Source: a virus
Taxonomy: Duplodnaviria > Caudoviricetes
Direction: 5' to 3' (one strand)
Length of the DNA stretch: 46,120 nt
Virus record (IMG/VR): IMGVR_UViG_3300025451_000021
Span: 1 to 46,120 of that record
Position 1 is the stretch's first letter; the number at the start of each line of letters is the position of its first letter. The notes below the pieces were generated by a model. That model made no database searches, had not been told where the DNA came from, and was given only the letters and a program-made list of their open reading frames with translations. A program made the position numbers and the translations under genes. Positions 8,566 to 17,383 of the stretch are shown here, piece by piece.

Positions 8566-10942
8566 AGTCCTTGAGCGCATGGATGATGACCAGCTCGCAG
8601 CTATCGAGATGATGCTGCGGAGGGTGATCGTCGAAAACCAGCTCGATGCCTACAAGCCATACCCAAAGCAGGCCGACTTTCATGGAATGGGTGCCGAGAA
8701 GCGTGAGCGCATGCTGTCGGCTGGTAACCAGTGCATTACGCCGTGGACTTATGTCCAAACGGGTCAGACCACGCTCCAGAGCGGAGGTATGCTGCTTTCG
8801 GGAGAGCAACATGCTCTTTCGTTGGTCGATGGACGAGAAGAAATCGCTCGTACTTCTCAATGGTTTCTGCGGGACATTGCGCCAGCGTTTCGTGTTGTTC
8901 TGGACAGCGGTTTGTGGTTCGATTGCACGGCAGAACACCTGGTGTTGACTTCCGAGGGCTGGACTTCACTCGCTCAGTTAGTGTTGCGCGGAGGTGGTCT
9001 GCGTTGCTGGAATAAACATCCAAGTTCGAAGGCCAGTTATGGAAAGGGTGATCATCCTTGTGGTCAACCACCTCACATGGGGCTAAGTAGCGATCAAGAG
9101 CCACCTCACAAATGGCTCGATGCTCTCGGATTCGACCCATGTTGGACGCATACGGATGCAATGGAGCGAACACCAGCACGTATCCACTCTTATCTATACA
9201 GCGTCCGTCCACCCACTGAGTGTGATCTGCACCACTTCGCGGACCTGTTCGCGGCGTTTGAAGGCCAAGCCTCCGAACGGCTCTCTCAACACTTGCAGTG
9301 TGGCATCCAAGAATTGCGGCAGCTTCTGCTTGAGTCTTGCACTCAACCTCAATCAATCGTCGAACTTCATCGTCATTCAGTGTCCCGCCTGGACCAAAAA
9401 TCTTTGCGGGGACACCACGTCGATTTAGATACGCTTGAACCGCAAATTTCGATACCCCAAGGCGAGATGCCATTTCATGACGCTCAACGCCTTGGTCATT
9501 CCATGCGAGAAGCTCTGCTAAGTGAGCATCAAGAGGCGATTTTTTTCCCATATATACCTCATCAGTTGGTTGGTGGAAGCTCTATTTTAGCTCTGATCCC
9601 TATTGGTTACCAGCCAATATTAGACGTTCAGGTCCCGAATAGTCACAACTACAAAGCCGCAGGCGTGTATCACCACAATTGCGGGAAGACTCTCGCGGCA
9701 GCCAACGAGGTGGCCATGCACCTCACTGGGAAATACCCTGAGTGGTGGGCTGGCAAGAGGTTCACCAAGGGGAACAACTGGCTGGCTGGCTCGGAGTCTG
9801 GAGAGTTGACCCGGCGCGGTGTGCAGCGCTACCTGTTTGGCCGCGACCCCAAAAAAGACCCTGGCACCGGAGCAATCCCCAAGGGGTGCATCGTTGACTT
9901 GAACTGGAGCCGCCACGTCAACGAGTTTGTTGACACCGCTAAAATCAAGTTCACCGACGCCAATGGGCTGGAGTCAATCAGCACCATCAGCCTGAAGTCG
10001 TACGACCAGGGGCGTGGGAAGTGGCAGGCCGACACCGTGGATGGAGTTTGGTTCGATGAGGAACCGCCTGAAGACATCTACATGGAGGGGCTGACCCGTA
10101 CCAATGCTGCTTTTGGTCCAGTCATTGTCACTTGCACCTTGCTAAAAGGCATGACCACGATTGCCATGCGCTTCTGGCAGGAGCTTCACATTTACCAAGA
10201 CGCTGGGATGGTCAACATGACCATCGAGGACGTGGCGCACTACACGGCAGAGCAGAAGGCCAAGATCATTGCCAGTTATCCGCCGCATGAGCGCGAAGCC
10301 CGTACCAAGGGCATACCATCAATGGGGAGTGGTCGAGTGTTTCCTGTGCCTGAAGATCAGATCGTCATCCCGCCAATGGCGATACCAAAGCATTGGCCGC
10401 GGATCATTGGCCTCGACCTGGGTTGGGATCACCCAGCCGCGGCATCATGGATTGCATGGGACCGTGACACGGACACGATATACCTGACTGACGAGTTCAG
10501 GTTGCGTGAAACCAGTGTGGCGATGCAGGCACCACTGCTTGCAGCCAAGGGCAAGTGGATTCCCATCGCCTGGCCGCATGACGGGTTGCAGCATGACAAG
10601 GGTTCAGGTGAGCAGCTTGCGAACCAGTACCGCAACCTGGGTGCGAACATGCTGCCCGAGCGTGCGACCTTTGAAGACGGCGGGAACGGCGTTGAAGCCG
10701 GTATCAGTGAGATGCTGGAGCGCATGCAGACGGGCAGATGGCGTGTGTTCAGCACCTGCACCTCATGGATTGAAGAGTTCCGCATGTACCACCGCAAGAA
10801 TGGCCTGATCGTCAAGGAACGCGATGACGTGATCAGCGCGAGCCGTTACGCCATGATGATGCTGCGCTTTGCCATCACCGAGCCAAAGCGCTCCACACTG
10901 GGTGCATCAACCAACTTCGCAGCACGCCGCGCAGGCTACTGA
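8555..10942 (+). CDS. terL: Terminase large subunit, intein-containing (about 479 aa after splicing)
   Basis: Walker A AGNQ|CGKT split by an insertion; VWFDEEP; GLDLGWDHP nuclease motif; DDVISASRY. Confidence 0.95.
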   Translation: MLPEVLERMDDDQLAAIEMMLRRVIVENQLDAYKPYPKQADFHGMGAEKRERMLSAGNQCITPWTYVQTGQTTLQSGGMLLSGEQHALSLVDGREEIARTSQWFLRDIAPAFRVVLDSGLWFDCTAEHLVLTSEGWTSLAQLVLRGGGLRCWNKHPSSKASYGKGDHPCGQPPHMGLSSDQEPPHKWLDALGFDPCWTHTDAMERTPARIHSYLYSVRPPTECDLHHFADLFAAFEGQASERLSQHLQCGIQELRQLLLESCTQPQSIVELHRHSVSRLDQKSLRGHHVDLDTLEPQISIPQGEMPFHDAQRLGHSMREALLSEHQEAIFFPYIPHQLVGGSSILALIPIGYQPILDVQVPNSHNYKAAGVYHHNCGKTLAAANEVAMHLTGKYPEWWAGKRFTKGNNWLAGSESGELTRRGVQRYLFGRDPKKDPGTGAIPKGCIVDLNWSRHVNEFVDTAKIKFTDANGLESISTISLKSYDQGRGKWQADTVDGVWFDEEPPEDIYMEGLTRTNAAFGPVIVTCTLLKGMTTIAMRFWQELHIYQDAGMVNMTIEDVAHYTAEQKAKIIASYPPHEREARTKGIPSMGSGRVFPVPEDQIVIPPMAIPKHWPRIIGLDLGWDHPAAASWIAWDRDTDTIYLTDEFRLRETSVAMQAPLLAAKGKWIPIAWPHDGLQHDKGSGEQLANQYRNLGANMLPERATFEDGGNGVEAGISEMLERMQTGRWRVFSTCTSWIEEFRMYHRKNGLIVKERDDVISASRYAMMMLRFAITEPKRSTLGASTNFAARRAGY
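8732..9679 (+). mobile_element. Intein (316 aa) in the TerL P-loop
   Basis: Cys1 CITPWT; block B CTAEHLVLT; block F ILDVQVPNSHNY; block G VYHHN followed by +1 Cys; removal restores AGNQCGKT. Confidence 0.93.
8736..9551 (-). CDS. HTH-HNH homing endonuclease encoded antisense within the intein
   Basis: Two HTH-like repeats, then GYVLV..P.HP....G.IREHR.I.E..L.RYL...EVVDHKD....HN.PSNL; GAGGT RBS upstream. Confidence 0.85.
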   Translation of the reverse strand: MGKKSPLDAHLAELLAWNDQGVERHEMASRLGVSKFAVQAYLNRRGVPAKIFGPGGTLNDDEVRRLIEVECKTQAEAAAILGCHTASVERAVRRLGLQTPRTGPRSGADHTQWVDGRCIDKSGYVLVFAPLHPYASNMGRIREHRAICEVALDRYLAPCEVVDHKDDHPFHNWPSNLDVYSSNADHLRATLTERVKSSPRKSTPGVLPCNRTTNRCPEQHETLAQCPAETIEKYERFLLVHRPTKEHVALPKAAYLRSGAWSDPFGHKSTA

Positions 10943-10948
10943 CCCTCA

Positions 10949-10993
10949 GGCATATATGCCACGCTGGTATTTGTTGCCATCAGAGTCCAAAGT
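10949..10993 (+). promoter_or_regulatory. Putative late promoter, copy 1
   Basis: GGCATATATGCC 10949-10960; CAAAGT 10988-10993. Confidence 0.7.
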
Positions 10994-11020
10994 GAGGCAT
11001 CTTTACAGAGGTGCTTCACC

Positions 11021-11287
11021 ATGCCTGCTATCAATCCTCTCTCGTCTCAGTACCCCGACCTGACCACACCTGCCATCCGTCTGATCAGCATCACACCCGC
11101 TGACGCTGACCTGTCACATGTCTGCCGAATGCTGTTCGTCGGCCTGGGTGGAACGGTCGTTGTGCGCGACCTGTTCGGCAATGTGGCGCAGCACGAGAAC
11201 GTCGCCAGTGGCACGTACCTTGGCCCATTCCAAATTGACCGCGTGGCCGCAGCAACTAGCGCAACGGGCATCGTCGGGTACGTCTGA
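11021..11287 (+). CDS. Small virion protein resembling GTA head-spike base protein (Rcc01079-like)
   Basis: PA.....ITP.DADL...R.LFVG.GG.V.V..G.YL..QI.RV.A..ATGIV pattern; GAGGT RBS. Confidence 0.6.
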   Translation: MPAINPLSSQYPDLTTPAIRLISITPADADLSHVCRMLFVGLGGTVVVRDLFGNVAQHENVASGTYLGPFQIDRVAAATSATGIVGYV

Positions 11288-11502
11288 TGCTGGCCATCAG
11301 CATGGCGCTACGAGCGCCCAGATTCAGCTTCCTAGACCCGTCATTTGCCCCAACCGGGTACGGACAGCTCATCACGGAAGCCGGTGATTACCTGATCACC
11401 GAAGACGGCGACTACCTCGCAACGCGGGAAACAAGGTATTTCATTACCGAAGCCCTGGACAACCTCACAACCGAATCAGACCTTTACCTCACATTGGAGT
11501 AA
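11287..11502 (+). CDS. Small virion protein with LITE-x-G/D repeats
   Basis: LITEAGD, LITEDGD, FITEALD, LTTESD. Confidence 0.65.
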   Translation: MLAISMALRAPRFSFLDPSFAPTGYGQLITEAGDYLITEDGDYLATRETRYFITEALDNLTTESDLYLTLE

Positions 11503-11505
11503 GAC

Positions 11506-12690
11506 ATGGCAGACATCAAAATTTCAGCACTTCCCGGCGCAAGTACGCTTGACGGCACAGAAACAATCCCACTGGTTCAAGGTGGAACAACAAAGAAAGT
11601 CACTTCTGATCAGTTCTTGATCAAGGATGCCAGCGGGAATGTGGGTGTTGGCACTGCAAGCCCGACACAAAGAATTGATGCCGTCACCGCTGGCGGTACG
11701 TGCTACGCGCGGACGTCAAACGGAACTATCACATCGTTTTCCGGTGTTGCTGCATCGGTGGGAGGGGCAGTATACGGCACAGGTACAAACCACCCGGTTG
11801 TTTTTCTGTCAAACGGCACCGAACGCGCTCGCATTGACAGCGCTGGCAACCTTGGCTTGGGCGTAACCCCATCGGCGTGGAACAGCGCATTTGATGTGGT
11901 GCAGATGGGTGCGGGGACTGCGCTTACAAATCCTAACTCTATAACCCAGACATGGCTGTCGTCAAACGCCTTTTACGACACCGGCTGGAAATACATGCAC
12001 TCAGCAGAGTCTAGCTATTACCAGCAATCGCTTGGCTCCCACTCTTGGTTCACCGCCCCCAGCGGCACAGCAGGCAACCCGATCAGCTTCACGCAAGCGA
12101 TGACGTTGGATGCATCGGGCAACCTAACTCCAGGCGGTGATAACACGCAAACTCTTGGCTCTGGCGCACTGCGCTGGTCAACTGTTTACGCTGGCACTGG
12201 AACTATCAACACATCAGACGCTCGGGAAAAGACTGATGTTCGCGTCATGACAGCTGATGAGATCGAAGCTGCTAAGGCATTGAGCAAAGAAATTGGCATA
12301 TATCAATTCCTTGATTCGGTTGCAAAGAAAGGCGACAAGGCTCGTCACCATGTTGGTTTGACTGTTCAGCGCGCAATTGAGTTGATGAAACTTCACGGCC
12401 TTGACCCGTTTGCATACGGGTTCATCTGCTTTGACAAATGGGACGATGTAGTTGTCGAGCACCCAGCTATTGAAGCAAAAGCTGCCACTGAAGCAAAAGA
12501 CTCAGTGGTTGATGACGAAGGCAATGTGATTGAGGCTGCAGTAGAAGCTCAAGCCGCTATTGAGGCCAAAGACGCTTGGGCTGAAGTCACGCTGAAGGCC
12601 GGTGATCGTTACAGCTTCCGCTATGACCAGTTGAACCTATTCATCGCTTGTGGCATTGAAGCACGCCTTGCAGCTCTTGAGGCCAAGTGA
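11506..12690 (+). CDS. Fibre/spike protein with C-terminal peptidase S74 intramolecular chaperone
   Basis: MADIKISALP start; GNVGVGT/RIDSAGNLGLG repeats; TINTSDAREK cleavage motif; RYDQL..RL..LE. Confidence 0.85.
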   Translation: MADIKISALPGASTLDGTETIPLVQGGTTKKVTSDQFLIKDASGNVGVGTASPTQRIDAVTAGGTCYARTSNGTITSFSGVAASVGGAVYGTGTNHPVVFLSNGTERARIDSAGNLGLGVTPSAWNSAFDVVQMGAGTALTNPNSITQTWLSSNAFYDTGWKYMHSAESSYYQQSLGSHSWFTAPSGTAGNPISFTQAMTLDASGNLTPGGDNTQTLGSGALRWSTVYAGTGTINTSDAREKTDVRVMTADEIEAAKALSKEIGIYQFLDSVAKKGDKARHHVGLTVQRAIELMKLHGLDPFAYGFICFDKWDDVVVEHPAIEAKAATEAKDSVVDDEGNVIEAAVEAQAAIEAKDAWAEVTLKAGDRYSFRYDQLNLFIACGIEARLAALEAK

Positions 12691-12995
12691 CCGTGGAACT
12701 CATCACTCAATACGCGATGGTGTTTGTCTACCTACTGCTCGCTTTGCAGGTGGCAGACCTCGCTACGACGCTCTACGTGCTGCGCACTGGCAAGGGTGCA
12801 GAAGCCAACCCAATCGCCAAGAAGCTGATGGCGTGGTTTGGCCCTGAACTGGGGCTGGCCCTGCCCAAAATTGCGCTGGCCGGTGCCATCTGGACATTCC
12901 GCGACACCACCCCGGCATGGGCCTATGCCATGCTGTGCGTGATGTACGTGGTGATCGTCGGCAACAACCTGCGGTTTGTGCTGCGGCGCGGCTGA
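12687..12995 (+). CDS. Small membrane protein (DUF5658-like)
   Basis: LQVADLATT..G..EANP motif and three hydrophobic segments. Confidence 0.7.
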   Translation: MTVELITQYAMVFVYLLLALQVADLATTLYVLRTGKGAEANPIAKKLMAWFGPELGLALPKIALAGAIWTFRDTTPAWAYAMLCVMYVVIVGNNLRFVLRRG

Positions 12996-12996
12996 G

Positions 12997-13044
12997 GTGG
13001 CATATATGCCACGTATCGCCCAAATGTAGGCTCGTCTGGACACT
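12997..13044 (+). promoter_or_regulatory. Putative late promoter, copy 2
   Basis: GTGGCATATATGCCAC 12997-13012; GACACT 13039-13044. Confidence 0.7.
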
Positions 13045-13070
13045 GCACCCCATGACCAAAAGGGCGTGCA

Positions 13071-15293
13071 ATGTTTGATGATGAGTTGACCAATAACCTG
13101 GCGCAGGCACTGGCAAGTGGTGCCATGTCTGCTGACGATTTGGCGTTGGCGCTCACAGACGTTGACCCCGAAGCAGAATCCGCCGAGCTTGAGCGCCGTC
13201 GCAGCATCGTGTCTCGCCTTGGCGTGCGCCTTGAGTCGCTGGCCCAAGAGCAGGTTCAGCAGCGTCAGAACACCGAGGAACGCTGGTACAAGGACGTTAG
13301 ACAATTCAATGGCCTGTACGAGCCAGGCACATTCACAGACTCCGAGCAGTACGGCAGTCGCCTGTTTGTGCCACTGACCCGCCGTCTGGTGGGTTTGGTC
13401 GAGGCGAGGATGTTTGACATCCTGTTCCCGTCTGACGAGCGCTGCTATGTGATCGAGCCAACGCCAGTGCCAGATATGTCGGAAGCGCTGGACCTGTCGG
13501 AGAAGCTGCCAGCAGACCAGCCCATCGAGACGCCTGAAGGCCAGATGATGGCAGGTGCCCTGCACGAATCCATTGCGGCGATCACAGCTGAGGCTGAGAA
13601 GCGGTGCGATGCGATGCAGCGTGAGATCGATGATCAGTTGGCTGAGTCGAACTGGTCCACCCACGCCCGCGATGTGATCCATGATGCCGTTCTGTACGGC
13701 ACTGGCGTGATCAAAGGCCCGGTGCCCATGTTCCGCACCACCAAGCGGTGGACCCAGCAGGGCGAGACTCATGTTCTGACGATGGAGCGCAAGCCGCTGC
13801 CTGAAGTGAGCCGGGTTGATCTGTGGAATTTCTTTCCTGACATGAGCGCAACGACTGGCCGCGAGGCTGAGTTTGTGTTTGAGCGACATTTCATGACCCG
13901 CAAGGAACTGAGCGAGTTGCAGGATTTGCCCGACATCGACATCGATGTGCTGCGCGAGGTGCTGGACAACGACCCATCTGTGCCGACTGGAACGCACCGT
14001 GAGCGCCTGCGTTCGCTCAATGGTGCATCTGGAGTGCGTGACCGTCGCTATGAGGTGTGGGAATACCACGGACAGATTGACGCCGACGAGATTGAATCGC
14101 TGGGCATCGAGGTCGATGGAGACAGCCTGAAGACGCACACTGGCATTGTGTGGTTTGCCACTGGCGGCAAGGTGCTGAAGGCAGCACTGAACCCGCTGGA
14201 CACCAACGAGTTGCCCTATTCGGTGTTCACTTGGCAGCGTGATGAGTCGAGCCTGTTTGGGTTTGGCCTGCCCTACGAAGTGCGCGATGCACAGGAGTCT
14301 GCCAACAGCGCATACCGGGCAACGCACGACAACATGGGTCTGAGTGTGATGCCTCAGTTCATCGTCGATGACTCTGCGGTTGAGCCTGTCAACGGGCATT
14401 GGGGCGTTGAGCCAGGCAAGTTCTGGCGATCAAAGCGACCCGGTGCAGACGTTCGCGCAGCGTTCCAAGTGATCGACATCAACCCCCGGTTTGCCGAGCT
14501 TCAGCAGATTTTCAGCCTGAGCAAGATGCTGATCGAGGAAGTCGGCACGCTGCCTGCGTTCCTGCAAGGCCAGGACGCACCAGCAGCGATGCAGTCGGCC
14601 ACAGGCGCATCGATTGCATGGACGGCATCCAACTTGTGGGTTCGTCGCGCAGTGCGTAACTGGGACGATGACATCATCACCCCGGTCATCACCCGCTTCT
14701 TCGACTGGAACATGCAGTACAGCGAAAAGGAAGGCATCAAAGGCGACAGCCGTGTTCGCGCCCAAGGCGTGGCCGCCCTGGTCGAACTGGAAGGCCATGC
14801 GCAACGCCTGTCAGGCTTCATGCAGACAGCAAGCGGCATGGGTATCCCGCCATCGAACCAACTCGCCTTGCTGCGCCAGTTTGCGCGCTCATTCAAGCTG
14901 GACCCCGACAAGGTGCTGCCAAGCGAGAACGAACTGGCAAAGATGAAGGTCGCAGAGCAGAAGGCTGGACCAGCCTTGAGCCCTGAGCAGGTCAAGATGC
15001 AGGTCGAGAAAGAGCGCATGGCGATGGAAGAACGACTGGAAGCCTCTCGTCAGGCGTTGCGCCGAGAAGAGATGGCAAGCCAGGAGCGCCTGATGGACAT
15101 GCGCATGCGCCTGGAGATTGCCGACGCTGCATCCAAGAACAACATGACGCAAGAGCAAGCAATGGCGAAGTACGGCTATGACCTGCAACGCACACAAGCA
15201 ACGCTGGCCGACAAACAGGCTGACCGTGACCACAAGTCGCAGATGCTGAACGCTGAAATGGCCCTGAAGGCTCAGATGGGCAGTGGCATATGA
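13071..15293 (+). CDS. Portal protein (podovirus-type, helical C-terminal barrel)
   Basis: 740 aa; DAVLYGTGVIK, D.WNFFPD, FGFGLP..RD.Q, SATGAS; coiled-coil tail; position after TerL. Confidence 0.85.
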   Translation: MFDDELTNNLAQALASGAMSADDLALALTDVDPEAESAELERRRSIVSRLGVRLESLAQEQVQQRQNTEERWYKDVRQFNGLYEPGTFTDSEQYGSRLFVPLTRRLVGLVEARMFDILFPSDERCYVIEPTPVPDMSEALDLSEKLPADQPIETPEGQMMAGALHESIAAITAEAEKRCDAMQREIDDQLAESNWSTHARDVIHDAVLYGTGVIKGPVPMFRTTKRWTQQGETHVLTMERKPLPEVSRVDLWNFFPDMSATTGREAEFVFERHFMTRKELSELQDLPDIDIDVLREVLDNDPSVPTGTHRERLRSLNGASGVRDRRYEVWEYHGQIDADEIESLGIEVDGDSLKTHTGIVWFATGGKVLKAALNPLDTNELPYSVFTWQRDESSLFGFGLPYEVRDAQESANSAYRATHDNMGLSVMPQFIVDDSAVEPVNGHWGVEPGKFWRSKRPGADVRAAFQVIDINPRFAELQQIFSLSKMLIEEVGTLPAFLQGQDAPAAMQSATGASIAWTASNLWVRRAVRNWDDDIITPVITRFFDWNMQYSEKEGIKGDSRVRAQGVAALVELEGHAQRLSGFMQTASGMGIPPSNQLALLRQFARSFKLDPDKVLPSENELAKMKVAEQKAGPALSPEQVKMQVEKERMAMEERLEASRQALRREEMASQERLMDMRMRLEIADAASKNNMTQEQAMAKYGYDLQRTQATLADKQADRDHKSQMLNAEMALKAQMGSGI

Positions 15294-15526
15294 GCGACTG
15301 GCGACCACTGATTGACGCTGCCACTCCGCTGTGGACAGGCATCGAGGGCTATGCCGAGGAGCGCATTGCCGAGCTGATCGTGGTGTGCACCACCGCGACC
15401 TACTCAGATGCGGAGATTCGTGCCGCCCAGGCCCGCATTGCAGAGCTTCGGGCATTGCTGGCATTGCCTGCATCGCTTCAGGCGGCTGAAAAACACAAAC
15501 AAACGACACCCAGGAAGGGTTACTGA
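15290..15526 (+). CDS. Hypothetical portal-adjacent protein
   Basis: ATGA overlap; IRAAQARIAELRALL. Confidence 0.7.
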   Translation: MSDWRPLIDAATPLWTGIEGYAEERIAELIVVCTTATYSDAEIRAAQARIAELRALLALPASLQAAEKHKQTTPRKGY

Positions 15527-15528
15527 GT

Positions 15529-16932
15529 ATGTACGAATATGACAGCGACGAGTACTGGAATGGCCTCGCTAAGACTGCTGCCGCAGCACCAGTTGCACAG
15601 GCTCCAAGCCCTGCACCAGTTGCAGCGCCTGCGCCGATGACATCGCAGGGGCCAACACCTGAGCAGATCACCGCAGCCGAACAGTCTGCGCGTCAGGCTT
15701 GGATGGACGGTGTAAGCGCGTCCCCAACCGTCTTTCAGACGCTGTTTAGCGCGAACGCCAACGGCCAGGTGGTGCGCAACAGTGACGGGTATGTGTCTCA
15801 GACCAACCTGAACAGCATTCAAAACCCGAACGCGCAGCAGTACTACGCTGCCAATCCGCAGGAGGCGTTTTTCCTTGGCTCTGTTGGTCAGGGCATGTTC
15901 AAGGATGCCGGTGTTCGCGGGACCGACAAGAAGCTGGGCCAACTGACGCCCGACCAGTGGTATCGCGGGTACACATCCAGCTTTGAGAAGGGCTGGGACC
16001 AAGACCCCAACAGCGCCAGCTACCGCTGGGCGAATCAGCCAAGCTATGCCACCAATGGGCCGGCCACATCAGCGCCTGGCTCTGCCGGCGGCGGTGCCAC
16101 AGGAAGCGGCTCGTATGGCGGTGGCTCAACTGCCGGCGGCAGTTCATCGTCGTTTGCCACAAATGGCTCGCCGTCGCTGGGGTTCAACCTGTCCAATGTC
16201 GCCGGCCCGAGTCAGTGGGATGTGAGCGGCAACCAGACGGTTGCCAACCAACTGACCAACCTGCTGGCATCGGACAATCCGCTGATCCAGCAGGCTCGCG
16301 CACGGGCAATGCAGCAATCCAACGCGAGGGGCTTGTCCAACTCGTCCATTGCTCAGACGGCAGGAGATGCAGCCGCCTATGACGCGATGATGGAGGTGGC
16401 GCGCCAAGACGCAAGCACGAACGCCACGGCAGCGCAGAGCAACACGGCTGCGAAAAACCAGTTCACCACCGATGCCAATGCGTTCCTGCGCAACGGGTAC
16501 ATGGCTGACTACAACCTGTCTGCCAACGAGTGGGCAGCACAGCAGGCCTATGTGCGTCAGCGCGAGGCACAGCGCGAACAAAACGCCTTCAACTTGGCCG
16601 CGATGGAGCGCGAGAACGAGCTGAACAAGGGCAACACGACCAGCGCCAACTCGCAGTCTGACCGCCAGGGCTACATCAACGCTCTGAATGAGTCCCGCAA
16701 AAACTGGGCAATCCAGTACAAAGAACTGATGGCAGACCCCAACATGTCACCAGAGAACAAGAAGGACGCGCTGACAAGCCTGGCCGCTTCGTACAACACT
16801 CAGATCAAGGCATACACAGGGTTGCTCGGTTGGGACTTCGATAAGTGGGACGTCAAGTACACGGCGGACAAGCCTGCGGCGGCGGACAAGCCTGCGGCTG
16901 CGACAACTGGCGACAATGGTGGTGGCGGCTGA
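15529..16932 (+). CDS. Putative internal virion/ejection protein
   Basis: A/G/S/Q/N-rich; NARGLSNSSIA motif typical of podovirus DNA-transfer proteins. Confidence 0.6.
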   Translation: MYEYDSDEYWNGLAKTAAAAPVAQAPSPAPVAAPAPMTSQGPTPEQITAAEQSARQAWMDGVSASPTVFQTLFSANANGQVVRNSDGYVSQTNLNSIQNPNAQQYYAANPQEAFFLGSVGQGMFKDAGVRGTDKKLGQLTPDQWYRGYTSSFEKGWDQDPNSASYRWANQPSYATNGPATSAPGSAGGGATGSGSYGGGSTAGGSSSSFATNGSPSLGFNLSNVAGPSQWDVSGNQTVANQLTNLLASDNPLIQQARARAMQQSNARGLSNSSIAQTAGDAAAYDAMMEVARQDASTNATAAQSNTAAKNQFTTDANAFLRNGYMADYNLSANEWAAQQAYVRQREAQREQNAFNLAAMERENELNKGNTTSANSQSDRQGYINALNESRKNWAIQYKELMADPNMSPENKKDALTSLAASYNTQIKAYTGLLGWDFDKWDVKYTADKPAAADKPAAATTGDNGGGG

Positions 16933-17372
16933 TGATGCTCATTCGCCGCGCCACCATTGACGATGTGCCTGCACTGGTGCGACTCGCCAAGGTTGAGCAT
17001 GGGCTGTCGCGCATGGCGCAAACCCCATTCGATGCTGACTTTGTGGCGCAGCGGTTCAGCCAGGCCGTGACTGGCCTGTCATCTGCTGTGTTCGTCAGCG
17101 ACTCGGATGGTGAGGTGAAGGGCTTGATTGCTGGCGCGGTGCAACAAAACCTGCACAACAGGTACTGCACAGCCTATGAGTTGCTGTGGTTCGCGGTGGA
17201 TGGCTCTGGCCTGAAACTGCTGGAAGCCCTGAAGACGTGGGCCAAGCGTATGCGGGCCACGGCGGTCGTGGCGAACAACCACGCGGGCATCAAAGACACC
17301 GAGCGTTTCAACAAGGTCATGGCCCGCAAAGGCTACACACAACTGGGCGCGTCATTCATGGCGGCCATTTAA
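16932..17372 (+). CDS. GNAT-family acetyltransferase
   Basis: IRRATIDDV..L; G.KLLEA...WAK; RKGY. Confidence 0.75.
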   Translation: MMLIRRATIDDVPALVRLAKVEHGLSRMAQTPFDADFVAQRFSQAVTGLSSAVFVSDSDGEVKGLIAGAVQQNLHNRYCTAYELLWFAVDGSGLKLLEALKTWAKRMRATAVVANNHAGIKDTERFNKVMARKGYTQLGASFMAAI

Positions 17373-17383
17373 GGAGATCACAC

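Noticed and set aside
12732-14399. 555-aa antisense ORF over the portal gene (also 20056-21156, 26962-27756, 30265-31179, 31245-31934)
   Set aside because: Shadow ORFs expected from high-GC codon bias; no motifs or RBS, unlike the intein antisense ORF.
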